Source: Rickettsia typhi (GTDB taxonomy: Bacteria; Pseudomonadota; Alphaproteobacteria; Rickettsiales; UBA1997). Taken from it: 58,020 nucleotides of DNA. Positions 1 through 8,142 of the stretch are shown here, one piece after another; within the stretch, counting starts at the first letter, position 1, and each line of letters opens with the position of its first letter. The position numbers were made by a program, and so were the translations under genes. The stretch is from contig CAMDCJ010000001.1 of NCBI GenBank assembly GCA_945890035.1, positions 1 to 58,020 of the forward strand. Reading direction: 5' to 3'. The notes under the pieces are model-generated. The model saw only the letters and a program-made list of their open reading frames with translations, was not told where the DNA came from and did no database searches.

Positions 1-232
1 TGTTCCATCCCTAGAAAATATTGTTTCTGGAGTATATAAGATTTCTCGTCCACTTTATATTTATTATAAAAAAGAACATTTAAATTTAATTGATGGAATG
101 AAAGAATTTATCGCAGAAATTATTAGCAAAAACACTCTCGGCAATGAGGGTTATCTTTTGCAAACGGGACTCATACCTTTGTCTAATCAAGAAATTGAAA
201 AGATCGAGGTTGGGTTGCGAAAAAATTTGTAA
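1..232 (+). CDS. 3' end of a PstS-family periplasmic phosphate-binding protein (5' part outside the window)
   Basis: Frame 2 is open from the window edge to TAA at 230-232. The translation ..VSGVYKISRPLYIYYKKEHLNLIDGMKEFIAEIISKNTLGNEGYLLQTGLIPLSNQE.. resembles the conserved C-terminal SRPLYIY / GY..PL block of PstS-like binding proteins. Confidence 0.5.
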   Translation, partial: VPSLENIVSGVYKISRPLYIYYKKEHLNLIDGMKEFIAEIISKNTLGNEGYLLQTGLIPLSNQEIEKIEVGLRKNL

Positions 233-519
233 AAATTTTTTTGTATTTTTTTGAGGTCATCGCTTTCCAAATTATTTTTTAATTTGGCTTGTTGATAGGC
301 TTCTCGTCTTTAACTGTCAAACATCGAAACTATGATTTTTATTCCTTTAGCCGTTGTAGTTACGTTATCGATAGTTACTTCTTTAACTTAAGATAACTCT
401 AGTTTATTTCGGAAATATAAGTTTTTTTAAACTTATAAAACTGAAATTTAATGACACTAGCATCTTCTTTTTTTAGAAAGATGAGGGGTTTATCCAAGTG
501 ATAATCTCTGCTACGCATG

Positions 520-552
520 CCCGCCGAGAAAAACTTCTCGGCGGGTTTTTTT
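520..552 (+). terminator. Rho-independent terminator
   Basis: Perfect 10-bp GC-rich stem cccgccgaga (520-529) / tctcggcggg (536-545), 6-nt loop aaaact, then 7 T (546-552). Confidence 0.85.
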
Positions 553-664
553 ATACCAAATTATTAAAAATATTTTTTATATAAAATAATTGTTGTAATA
601 AAAAAATATAAGATTTATAAATAAAAATAAGTAATAAATTTCACCACTTAAATCATTCACCAAT

Positions 665-2182
665 ATGGTTGCCAAAACAAAAACCTTCTCTTTTAGCGGT
701 ATTGAAGCCAATCCCGTTGATGTTCAAGTCAAAATTTCAAATGGAAATTCAGTTTTTTCAATTGTCGGTTTGCCCGATAAATCTGTCGGCGAATCTAAAG
801 AGCGCGTTCGTGGGGCCATCACCTCGACGGGTCTTTCATGGCCTTTTGAAAAAATAACTGTTAATTTGGCGCCGGCGGATTTGCAAAAAGAAGGCGGTCA
901 TTTTGATTTGGCGATCGCGATTGGCATCATGGTTGAAATGGGCGTTCTGCCACAATATTTAATTGATAAATATTTTATAATGGGCGAGCTTTCTCTTGAT
1001 GGATCCGTCAATAGTGTTTCAGGAATCATCTCTTCGGCGATTACCGCCAATCAAATGGGTTGTGGTATAATTTGTCCGAAAGCAAATGGTAAAGAAGCGG
1101 TTTGGGCAGGTGATGTTGATATAATTGCTACTCCAGATATTCTTAGTCTCATTAATCATTTAAAGGGTGAGCAAATTTTAAATCGCCCCGAAAATTTTCA
1201 AAATTTTCAGAATAATAAATATCCAGATTTTGCTGATGTAAAAGGTCAAGAACAAGCCAAAAGAGCCATCGAAATCTCAGCAAGTGGTGGGCATAATATT
1301 TTAATGATTGGCTCGCCAGGATGTGGAAAATCGATGCTGGCTTCTCGAATTCCAAGTATCTTGCCGGATTTAGAATTAATGGAAATGCTTGAAATAAATA
1401 TGATTGCCAGCGTAAGTGATAAAATTAACGACGGCAAACTTATCGTTTCGCGTCCATTTCGCGAAGTGCATCATTCATGTTCAATGCCGGCAATGGTTGG
1501 TGGTGGCGTCAAGGCTAAGCCGGGAGAGGTTTCTTTGGCGCATAATGGAGTTTTATTTTTAGATGAATTGGCAGAATTTCCAAGGCAGGTTCTTGATTCT
1601 TTACGGCAACCGCTCGAGAATCAAGAAATAACAATTTCTCGGGCTAATTCTTGCGCAACTTATCCCGCTAATTTTCAATTGGTGGGGGCTATGAACCCCT
1701 GCCGTTGTGGCTTTTTAGGCGATGCCACCAAAGAATGTAAAAGAGCGCCGATTTGCGGAGAGGAATATAAGAATAAAATTTCAGGACCGTTACTTGATCG
1801 CATCGATATCGTTGTCGAAGTCGGGCAATTTGATTTTTTTGCAAATCAAAAAAATAATTTTAGAAATGAATCTTCAGAAATTATAAAGCAAAGAGTTACG
1901 GAGGTTCGCAATTTACAAAAACAACGCTTTGCAGAATTTGAAGAATTGAAAAATATGCAAATGTTGAATTCAAAAATGAGCGGAAAATTTCTTGAGAAAT
2001 TTTGCAAAATTGATGAAGGTTTACAAAATATTTTACAAAATTTTGTGACAAAAAGCAAAACTTCGATTCGTGGAATAACAAGAATTTTAAGGGTTGCAAG
2101 AACTATTGCCGATATGGAAAATTCTGAGGAAATTTCAAGGGGACATTTGTTAGAGGCCATCTCCTATCGCAAAAAACTCTAA
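665..2182 (+). CDS. comM: YifB/ComM family Mg-chelatase-like AAA+ ATPase
   Basis: 505-aa ORF with an N-terminal Lon-like domain, Walker A GSPGCGKS and Walker B VLFLDELAEF. The C-terminal ..GITRILRVARTIADME..I...HLLEAISYR is typical of this family. Confidence 0.9.
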   Translation: MVAKTKTFSFSGIEANPVDVQVKISNGNSVFSIVGLPDKSVGESKERVRGAITSTGLSWPFEKITVNLAPADLQKEGGHFDLAIAIGIMVEMGVLPQYLIDKYFIMGELSLDGSVNSVSGIISSAITANQMGCGIICPKANGKEAVWAGDVDIIATPDILSLINHLKGEQILNRPENFQNFQNNKYPDFADVKGQEQAKRAIEISASGGHNILMIGSPGCGKSMLASRIPSILPDLELMEMLEINMIASVSDKINDGKLIVSRPFREVHHSCSMPAMVGGGVKAKPGEVSLAHNGVLFLDELAEFPRQVLDSLRQPLENQEITISRANSCATYPANFQLVGAMNPCRCGFLGDATKECKRAPICGEEYKNKISGPLLDRIDIVVEVGQFDFFANQKNNFRNESSEIIKQRVTEVRNLQKQRFAEFEELKNMQMLNSKMSGKFLEKFCKIDEGLQNILQNFVTKSKTSIRGITRILRVARTIADMENSEEISRGHLLEAISYRKKL

Positions 2183-2310
2183 AATCCTCGTCGAATTTTA
2201 AGCGCTTACTTCGTTGTTCATCGAACCCTCAAAGCTCAATGTATTAAAATACATTTTCGCTTCTCGTCTCTCGACCGCCTCGTAATCATCTTAAAATTCT
2301 TAGAGGATTT
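2183..2310. repeat. ~128-nt imperfect palindromic element abutting the comM stop codon
   Basis: Left end aaatcctcgtcgaattttaag pairs with right end cttaaaattcttagaggattt. Central hairpin is aatgtatt-aa-aatacatt. The element starts 0-2 nt from the TAA at 2180-2182. Confidence 0.7.
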
Positions 2311-2358
2311 AGGGCACAACTTTTTACTTTTTTAAATTTATTCGTCGAACTTTAAGCG
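2276..2358 (+). repeat. 83-nt perfect direct repeat, copy 1
   Basis: cgcctcgtaatcatcttaaaattcttagaggatttagggcacaactttttacttttttaaatttattcgtcgaactttaagcg is identical to 2664-2746. Similarity continues for about 10 nt on each side with mismatches. Confidence 0.95.
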
Positions 2359-2574
2359 CTTTCGGGAGCCGTGGGGGGTCAAAAAACCCAAGGCATCAAA
2401 GTTTTTGAGGTTACGAGAAAAGTTAAAGAAAAAAAATTCCAAAAGAACGACCTCTTGATTTATTTAAAAGTTTTTAAATTTATCAATTTTTTAGATTAAA
2501 AACAAAATCAAAAAATTGTTTTTGAAAATTTTTTTGCGGATAAACGCTTCATTTTTTTTCAAAAAAAATTCGCG

Positions 2575-2656
2575 ACTGGGACCCGCGTCGCCTTTGGCTC
2601 CTTATTCCGTTATTCGCTAAAAATAGCCGTTTAAACTATTTTTTAAACGCGAAGAA
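2575..2656. repeat. Composite module D+C; its inverted partner is at 2776-2858
   Basis: ctgggacccgcgtcgcctttggctccttattccgt plus ttcgctaaaaatagccgtttaaactattttttaaacgcgaa aligns at roughly 80% identity to the reverse complement of 2776-2858. Confidence 0.75.
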
Positions 2657-2663
2657 CCTCGAA

Positions 2664-2746
2664 CGCCTCGTAATCATCTTAAAATTCTTAGAGGATTTAG
2701 GGCACAACTTTTTACTTTTTTAAATTTATTCGTCGAACTTTAAGCG
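2664..2746 (+). repeat. 83-nt perfect direct repeat, copy 2
   Basis: Character-for-character identical to 2276-2358. Confidence 0.95.
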
Positions 2747-2758
2747 ATTTCGGAATCC

Positions 2759-3187
2759 AGCTCCCCCCTTGAGGGCTCTTCGCGTTTAAAAAATAGCCTA
2801 AATGGCTATTTTTAGCGAAGAGCGGGATAAGGAGCGAAGGCGACGAAATCCCTGGGGCAAATCTTTTTCGAAGAAAAAGATGAAGCGTTTTTCTAAAAAA
2901 AATTCCAAAAAGACAATTTCTTGATTTTAAATTTAATCCAAAATTTATAATTTTTTAAAGAAAAATTGAGTTACTTTTTTAGTTTAAAAGTTAAATCAAG
3001 AAATTGACTTTTTTGAATTTCTTTTATTTTAAAATTCGATATAATCGATAATTCATTGTCTCTGTAGCTTTTCTGACCCCCCACGTCTCCGCGAATTTAA
3101 CTACCGTTAAATCCGCGTAGCCTGCTCTTCGCTAAAAATAGCCGTTTAAACTATTTTTTAAACGCGAAGAGCCCTCAAGGGGGGAGC
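2759..3187. repeat. ~430-nt giant imperfect inverted repeat (composite palindromic element, copy X-i)
   Basis: Both outer arms are a GC hairpin (agctccccccttgaggg.. / ..ccctcaaggggggagct), each interrupted by a 47-nt family-C palindrome (2776-2822, 3125-3171). Inner inverted modules are aaaaaattccaaaaagacaatttcttgatttt (about 2897-2928) and aaatcaagaaattgacttttttgaattt (about 2993-3020). The right arm carries gcttttctgaccccccac (3067-3084) and the hairpin gcgaatttaac-tacc-gttaaatccgc (3091-3116). Confidence 0.8.
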
Positions 3188-3291
3188 TAGAGCCCGCTGA
3201 TGTTGCGAGTGTTTTTGTAAATGTAGGTTTATAAGCCTCTCAAGGGGAGTGGGAGCTATAGAACGTAAGCGTTGCGAGTTTTTTGTATATT
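3183..3291. repeat. Two tandem copies of flank module E, running up to the lpdA stop codon
   Basis: gagctagagcccgctgatgttgcgagtgtttttgtaaatgtaggtttataagcc is followed by gagctatagaacgtaagcgttgcgagttttttgta. Related copies lie at 24691-24800 and 51927-51990. Confidence 0.7.
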
Positions 3292-4698
3292 TTATGAGTG
3301 AATTTGTCTTTTATCAACCGCAAGGCAAGCTTCTTTAACCGCTTCGTTGTAGGTTGGATGCGCATGACAAGTGCGCGCAATATCTTCGGCGCTTCCGCCA
3401 AATTCCATCGCAACCACAATTTCATGAATAGTATTTCCAGCTTCGCGAGCAATAATATGAGCGCCTAAAATTTTATCTTTTTTGGCGCAAGATATGATTT
3501 TAACGAAACCTTGTTCGTCAAAAGTAGCGCGTGCACGAGAGTTCGCCATCATCGAAAATTTGCCAACTTTGTAATCGATATTTTGTGCCTTTAATTCTTC
3601 TTCAGTTTTGCCAACTGAAGCGACTTCTGGGTAGGTATAAATTACATTTGGAATAGTATTATAATTTATGTGTCCAGCTTGGCCGGCAATAATTTCTGCG
3701 ACCGCGACACCTTCATCTTCGGCCTTGTGAGCAAGCATTGGGCCAGTTGTAACATCGCCAATCGCATAAATATTTTCAACATTAGTGCGCAAATGATGAT
3801 TCTCGATAAAGCCACGATTATTGGTTCTTACACCAACATTTTCTAGGCCTAAATTATTAGTGTTCGGCTTGCGACCAATTGCCACCAAAACCACATCGGC
3901 GCTTAAAGTTTCTTTGTTGCCACCTTGAGCCGATTCAATTTCTACAACTGCACCTTTTTTATCTTTTTTAACTGATAAAACTTTGGTCGATAAACGAAAT
4001 TTAAAGCCTTGTTTTTCAAGGATTCTTTGGAAATTTCTAGAAATTTCATTATCCATTGTCGGGGTAATTTTATCGAGATATTCAATCACCTCGACTTCAG
4101 CTCCAAATCTACTCCAAACAGATCCAAGTTCTAATCCTATAACGCCCGCACCGATTACAATCATTTTTTGCGGAACTGTTTCTAAATTAAGTGCGCCAGT
4201 TGAAGAAATTATAACTTTTTCATCAATTTCAACGCCGGGTAATTGAGCAACTTCAGAGCCCGTCGCTATAACAAAATTTTTGGCATTAAGTGTTTGTTTT
4301 GAGCCATCTTCTTTAACAACTTCAATCGAGTTTTTATCGATAAATTTAGCGACGCCGTGAAAATGTTCAACTTTGTTTTTTTTGAACAACCCAGCTATTC
4401 CTGAGGTTAATCCCGAAACAATATCATTTTTATTTTGAACTAATTTTTTAACATCAATTTTTGGTTTTGAAATGCCGATTCCTAATTTTTCAAATTCATG
4501 GCTGGCATCATGAAATTTATGTGAAATTTCTAACATAGCTTTCGATGGAATGCATCCAACATTTAAACAGGTTCCGCCAAGATTTTTGTGTTTTTCAACA
4601 CAAGCAACTTTTAAGCCTAATTGAGCAGATCTAATTGCCGAAACATAGCCACCTGGGCCACCGCCAATAATAATTATATCAAAAATATTTTCAGACAT
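3292..4698 (-). CDS. lpdA: Dihydrolipoyl dehydrogenase (E3)
   Basis: 468 aa with FAD motif IIIGGGPGGY, redox-active disulfide GGTCLNVGCIPSK and C-terminal HAHPTYNEA interface motif. Confidence 0.93.
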   Translation of the reverse strand: MSENIFDIIIIGGGPGGYVSAIRSAQLGLKVACVEKHKNLGGTCLNVGCIPSKAMLEISHKFHDASHEFEKLGIGISKPKIDVKKLVQNKNDIVSGLTSGIAGLFKKNKVEHFHGVAKFIDKNSIEVVKEDGSKQTLNAKNFVIATGSEVAQLPGVEIDEKVIISSTGALNLETVPQKMIVIGAGVIGLELGSVWSRFGAEVEVIEYLDKITPTMDNEISRNFQRILEKQGFKFRLSTKVLSVKKDKKGAVVEIESAQGGNKETLSADVVLVAIGRKPNTNNLGLENVGVRTNNRGFIENHHLRTNVENIYAIGDVTTGPMLAHKAEDEGVAVAEIIAGQAGHINYNTIPNVIYTYPEVASVGKTEEELKAQNIDYKVGKFSMMANSRARATFDEQGFVKIISCAKKDKILGAHIIAREAGNTIHEIVVAMEFGGSAEDIARTCHAHPTYNEAVKEACLAVDKRQIHS

Positions 4699-5023
4699 TT
4701 GAAAGAGAGTTAAGTTAAAAAATTTTTGGTAAATTTATGATTTTATAAAGAATTTTTTAAATTTTTTTAAAAACGGTAAATTTGAAATTAAAATTTTGTT
4801 ATACAAAATTAAATTTTATAAAGTAAATTTTTATTTTAATTTGGTATTGCGCTGTTTTGAATTATATTTTTTGATATTTTCTTTTCAATGATATTTTTAT
4901 AAATAAAAAATTCCTTAATAATTTTTAAAGAAAAAGCAAAATGTTTGTTTATTAAAGTGGGGGGAAGTGGAGGCGAAATAGTTTTTTAATAAGCGCACAA
5001 GTCTCTTTAAGTAAAGCTTAGAA

Positions 5024-5066
5024 TAAAAAAATGGGCTTTGAAAATTTGTAGCTCAAAGCCCATTTT
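5024..5066 (-). terminator. Intrinsic terminator downstream of rpmB
   Basis: Stem gggctttga (5033-5041) / tcaaagccc (5053-5061). An A-run at 5025-5031 on the plus strand gives a T-run after the hairpin on the minus strand. A short T-run on the plus side suggests it may act in both directions. Confidence 0.7.
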
Positions 5067-5096
5067 TGCATTTTATTTATTCAAGTCTAAATTCTT

Positions 5097-5384
5097 CTAA
5101 GCAATTTTTTGTTTATTTTTTACTTTTAGTCTTAGAGATTGACCTCTTTCTGATAATTTGTTGAATTTATATTTAGTCAAAAAATTATCGATATTTCCAT
5201 ATTTATTTATTGTTCTTAAGGTTGAAGTTGCAACTTTAAGATTTAAATTGGCTCCCAATAGATCGCTAAAAAAAGAAATTGATTTTAAGTTTGGTAAAAA
5301 TCTTCTTCTAGTTTTGCGATTTGAGTGAGAAACTTTGTTTCCACTCATTGCGCCTATATTTAATAATTCACACTTTCTTGACAT
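5097..5384 (-). CDS. rpmB: 50S ribosomal protein L28
   Basis: 95 aa. MSRKCELLNIGAMSGNKVSHSNRKTRRRFLPNL is the L28 N-terminal signature. Confidence 0.9.
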   Translation of the reverse strand: MSRKCELLNIGAMSGNKVSHSNRKTRRRFLPNLKSISFFSDLLGANLNLKVATSTLRTINKYGNIDNFLTKYKFNKLSERGQSLRLKVKNKQKIA

Positions 5385-5402
5385 AATTTTAATTGTTTTT
5401 TA

Positions 5403-5831
5403 TTAGTTTAGTGAGCACATCGTTTTGGTGTTTTCACCTGAAATTGCCGCAACAATAGAAGGGCCTCCGAACATTGTGGCGATACCAGCTGCAACACCAA
5501 TCATCAAACCCCAAGATACTTTACCCGTGAAGAAACCTATGCCGGTTGCAATTACCGCGAAAGTCGCAAAAGTTTTACCAGCTCCACCTGTTACAATTCT
5601 TAAGGCATTACACATAACTCTTGTTAATGAGTTAGAGCTGATGTTTGCACTTGCTTCCATAGCAGCATCAGCTTTAGTTTTTTGATCAGCTGCTTCTCTT
5701 AGTTGTTCTGCTGTTAGGTCTGCTGCTAATGCTTCTACTAGGCTAAGATCGGAAAATAATATTGGAAACAAGGCTAGGATAAAAGCTGTTGTCAAAGAGA
5801 TTTTAAATAATTGCTTGGAGTTAATTTTCAT
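5403..5831 (-). CDS. TrbC/VirB2-family type IV secretion pilin-like protein
   Basis: 142 aa with a long signal/leader ending ..VEALAA. The block CNALRIVTGGAGKTFATFAVIATGIGFFTGKVSWGLMIGVAAGIATMFGG aligns in pattern with Agrobacterium VirB2 (C..ILGP.G...AVLGIVAIGISWMFGR.S.GLVAGVVGGIVIMFGA). It has two hydrophobic helices. Confidence 0.65.
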   Translation of the reverse strand: MKINSKQLFKISLTTAFILALFPILFSDLSLVEALAADLTAEQLREAADQKTKADAAMEASANISSNSLTRVMCNALRIVTGGAGKTFATFAVIATGIGFFTGKVSWGLMIGVAAGIATMFGGPSIVAAISGENTKTMCSLN

Positions 5832-6087
5832 AATTTATTTAAATTAAAATTAATATTTTATTTAGATGTATTTTGTTAGTTTATTATTAATAATTTTTAG
5901 GTTCAAGCTATTTTTTATACTTTTTATATCATTAATAAAAATTATGTTATATTAGACATATATATTTCTTAAAAAAATTTTTAGTTTTACTTAAAAAAGG
6001 TATAAACAAAAAATCTAATTTCAAGTTTTATTATAAATTTGTAATAAAATAAAAAGGAGTAATACAATTTTATAAGTTAAAAATTAA

Positions 6088-6969
6088 TTATTCTAGTATT
6101 TTTATCTCCCACTCTAAATCGATATTAAAGTTTTTTAGCACTTCTTTTTTAGCTTCCTCGCCTAATGCAATTAGATCTCTTGAAGAGGCGTTTTTATTGT
6201 TAATCAAGAAATTACAATGCTTTTGTGATATTTGAGCATCCCCAATTGATTTTCCTCTAAAGCCAACGGCGTCAATTAATTCCCAGGCTTTTTTATTGGG
6301 TGGATTTTTAAAGGTGCTTCCGCCCGTTTTTGCTCGAATGGGTTGAGAGTTCTCGCGAGTTTTTTGCAATTCAGAAATTTTATCCGAGATTTCTTGAGTG
6401 GTCGACTGGTTAAATTTAAATTTTCCAGAAATAAAAATATATTTTTTTGAAAGATTGTTTCCGCGATAAAAAAAACCAAAATCTTGGTTAAGTATTTCGT
6501 GAAAATTACCCAGATAATCAATCGCCGTGGCGCTTATTAGGTTTTTCGAAATATCGGCGCCGTAACATCCAGCATTCATAGCAATTGCACCGCCAATCGA
6601 TCCAGGAATGCCACTTAGAAATTCTAAACCGCCCAATCCAAAATTTTTACAATATTGTGCGATATTTAAGCATAAAGATGCTGATCCGATGGTAATCGTT
6701 TCATTATCATGATTTATCTCGGAAAAACTTGCTGGAAGCTTGATAACGATGCCTTTAACGCCATCATCGGAAATTATAACATTTGATCCGGCGCCGATAA
6801 TTTGTATTTTAAATTCTGGAGAAATATTTTTTAAAAAATACGCCAAATCTTCCACATCTTTTGGTCTAAATAATATTTCTGCCCTACCCTTAAGATCGAA
6901 CCAATTATTTAATTTGGCGTCGAATCTGTATTCGCCTTTGACATTTGGTAATTGTGATTTATCGATCAT
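6088..6969 (-). CDS. murB: UDP-N-acetylenolpyruvoylglucosamine reductase
   Basis: 293 aa with FAD-binding IGAGSNVI, the GGSTFKNP block and C-terminal ISQKHCNFLIN. Confidence 0.9.
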   Translation of the reverse strand: MIDKSQLPNVKGEYRFDAKLNNWFDLKGRAEILFRPKDVEDLAYFLKNISPEFKIQIIGAGSNVIISDDGVKGIVIKLPASFSEINHDNETITIGSASLCLNIAQYCKNFGLGGLEFLSGIPGSIGGAIAMNAGCYGADISKNLISATAIDYLGNFHEILNQDFGFFYRGNNLSKKYIFISGKFKFNQSTTQEISDKISELQKTRENSQPIRAKTGGSTFKNPPNKKAWELIDAVGFRGKSIGDAQISQKHCNFLINNKNASSRDLIALGEEAKKEVLKNFNIDLEWEIKILE

Positions 6970-7646
6970 GATTTTTCAATTTCAATTATAATTGGCTCCC
7001 TGCCCTCAATTATTGCTTTTTTTTGATATTTTGTAATTATCCAATCATTGGGAAAATTTTGCCAAGATTTTTTTGAATTAGCTAGCCAATTAAATTTTGA
7101 GCTTTGTAAAATATGACTTAGAATCCATGTTTTGTAGGAGTCATGATCTGTGGCGATAATAATTTTTCCAGCATTTTTTAATTTTGGAAAAAGAATTTGA
7201 TCTAAAAAATTTTTATCAATTAAGCGTCTTTTGAAATGTTTATATTTCGGCCAAGGATCGGGAAATAAAATAAAGATTTTTTCAAAAAAATTATCAGGAA
7301 AATTATCAATAAAAATTCTAATATCTTTATTAGTAATTTTTAAATTGGTTAAAGGTTCTTTTTTAAGCATGCCGAGTAAATTAACAATGCCGTTTAAATG
7401 AGGTTCGCAACCATAAAAAATGGTGTCAGGATTTTGTTTGGCTTTGCCGTAAATAAAATCTCCAAAACCAAAACCTATTTCTAAAAAATTTTTGGAATTT
7501 GCGTTGTCGATGTTGGATATTTTATATGATTCGTAAAAATTTTCTAAAAGAGAATTTTTATGATTAGATAATTTACGACTCTTTGTTCTGCCAAAGCTGC
7601 GAATTAATTTTTGGTTATAATCCAAGTTTTTCGACTCTAGCGACAT
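6966..7646 (-). CDS. trmB: tRNA (guanine46-N7)-methyltransferase
   Basis: SAM fold LEIGFGFGDF and the TrmB signature LFPDPWPKYKH. The start is placed at the internal ATG (MSLESKNL..; an alternative ATG is at 7658) because the ORF-track start at 7700 lies deep inside rpiB. Confidence 0.8.
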   Translation of the reverse strand: MSLESKNLDYNQKLIRSFGRTKSRKLSNHKNSLLENFYESYKISNIDNANSKNFLEIGFGFGDFIYGKAKQNPDTIFYGCEPHLNGIVNLLGMLKKEPLTNLKITNKDIRIFIDNFPDNFFEKIFILFPDPWPKYKHFKRRLIDKNFLDQILFPKLKNAGKIIIATDHDSYKTWILSHILQSSKFNWLANSKKSWQNFPNDWIITKYQKKAIIEGREPIIIEIEKS

Positions 7647-8064
7647 GTCTTTGACCATCAAATTTTTGAGTAAAAAAAGTTTTACAAATTGCCAAGGCAT
7701 ATTTTTTCTTTAGCATTCTTGCTCCCAAACAAATAACATTGGCATCGTTGTGAGCGCGCGCATTTTTGGCTATGGTTTTATTGTAACAAAGTGCTGCACG
7801 AATTTTTTTATGACGATTGGCGGAAATTGATATTCCAACTCCAGTTCCGCAAATTAAAATACCAAAGTTATTTTCGGTAATTTTTTCGCATAATTTGTTG
7901 GCATAATCTGGATAATCAACTGAATCTTTTGCAGAGTTACAACCTAGGTCGATTATTTCGATATTATTTTTTTTGAAAGAGGTGATTAGATATTCTTTGA
8001 GTTCAAATCCAGCGTGGTCGGAGGCTATATAAATTTTTTTTGCTAAAAAATAACAGTTAGCCAT
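7615..8064 (-). CDS. rpiB: Ribose-5-phosphate isomerase B
   Basis: 149 aa with RpiB/LacAB family blocks IASDHAGFELK and CGTGVGISISANR. Confidence 0.9.
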   Translation of the reverse strand: MANCYFLAKKIYIASDHAGFELKEYLITSFKKNNIEIIDLGCNSAKDSVDYPDYANKLCEKITENNFGILICGTGVGISISANRHKKIRAALCYNKTIAKNARAHNDANVICLGARMLKKKYALAICKTFFTQKFDGQRHVARVEKLGL

Positions 8065-8099
8065 TTTGAATTGAGATTAAATGTAGTAAATTACGAAGA

Positions 8100-8135
8100 T
8101 AAAAAAGTGAGCTTAGAACTTGATGCTCTAAGCTC
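8100..8135 (-). terminator. Intrinsic terminator downstream of rplM-rpsI
   Basis: Stem gagcttaga (8109-8117) / tctaagctc (8127-8135). An A-run at 8101-8106 on the plus strand gives a T-run after the hairpin on the minus strand. Confidence 0.7.
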
Positions 8136-8142
8136 AAAGAAA

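Noticed and set aside
233-519. tmRNA, 4.5S, 6S or RNase P RNA upstream of the strong terminator
   Set aside because: I could find no tag-peptide reading frame ending in ..AA-stop, no SRP domain IV motif, and no other conserved cores. Only generic hairpins are present.
3240-3452. 70-aa minus-strand ORF overlapping the lpdA 3' end and module E
   Set aside because: It is out of frame with lpdA and runs into repeat sequence. It has no independent support.
4957-5000. gtggggggaagtggaggcgaaatagttttttaataagcgc as a sixth repeat locus
   Set aside because: It resembles the G-run motif and a half family-C module, but the match is short and degenerate. I cannot distinguish it from chance without a formal alignment.
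7647-7700. Upstream part of the trmB ORF
   Set aside because: It would overlap rpiB by 86 nt, and TrmB homology starts after the internal Met codons at 7658 and 7646.
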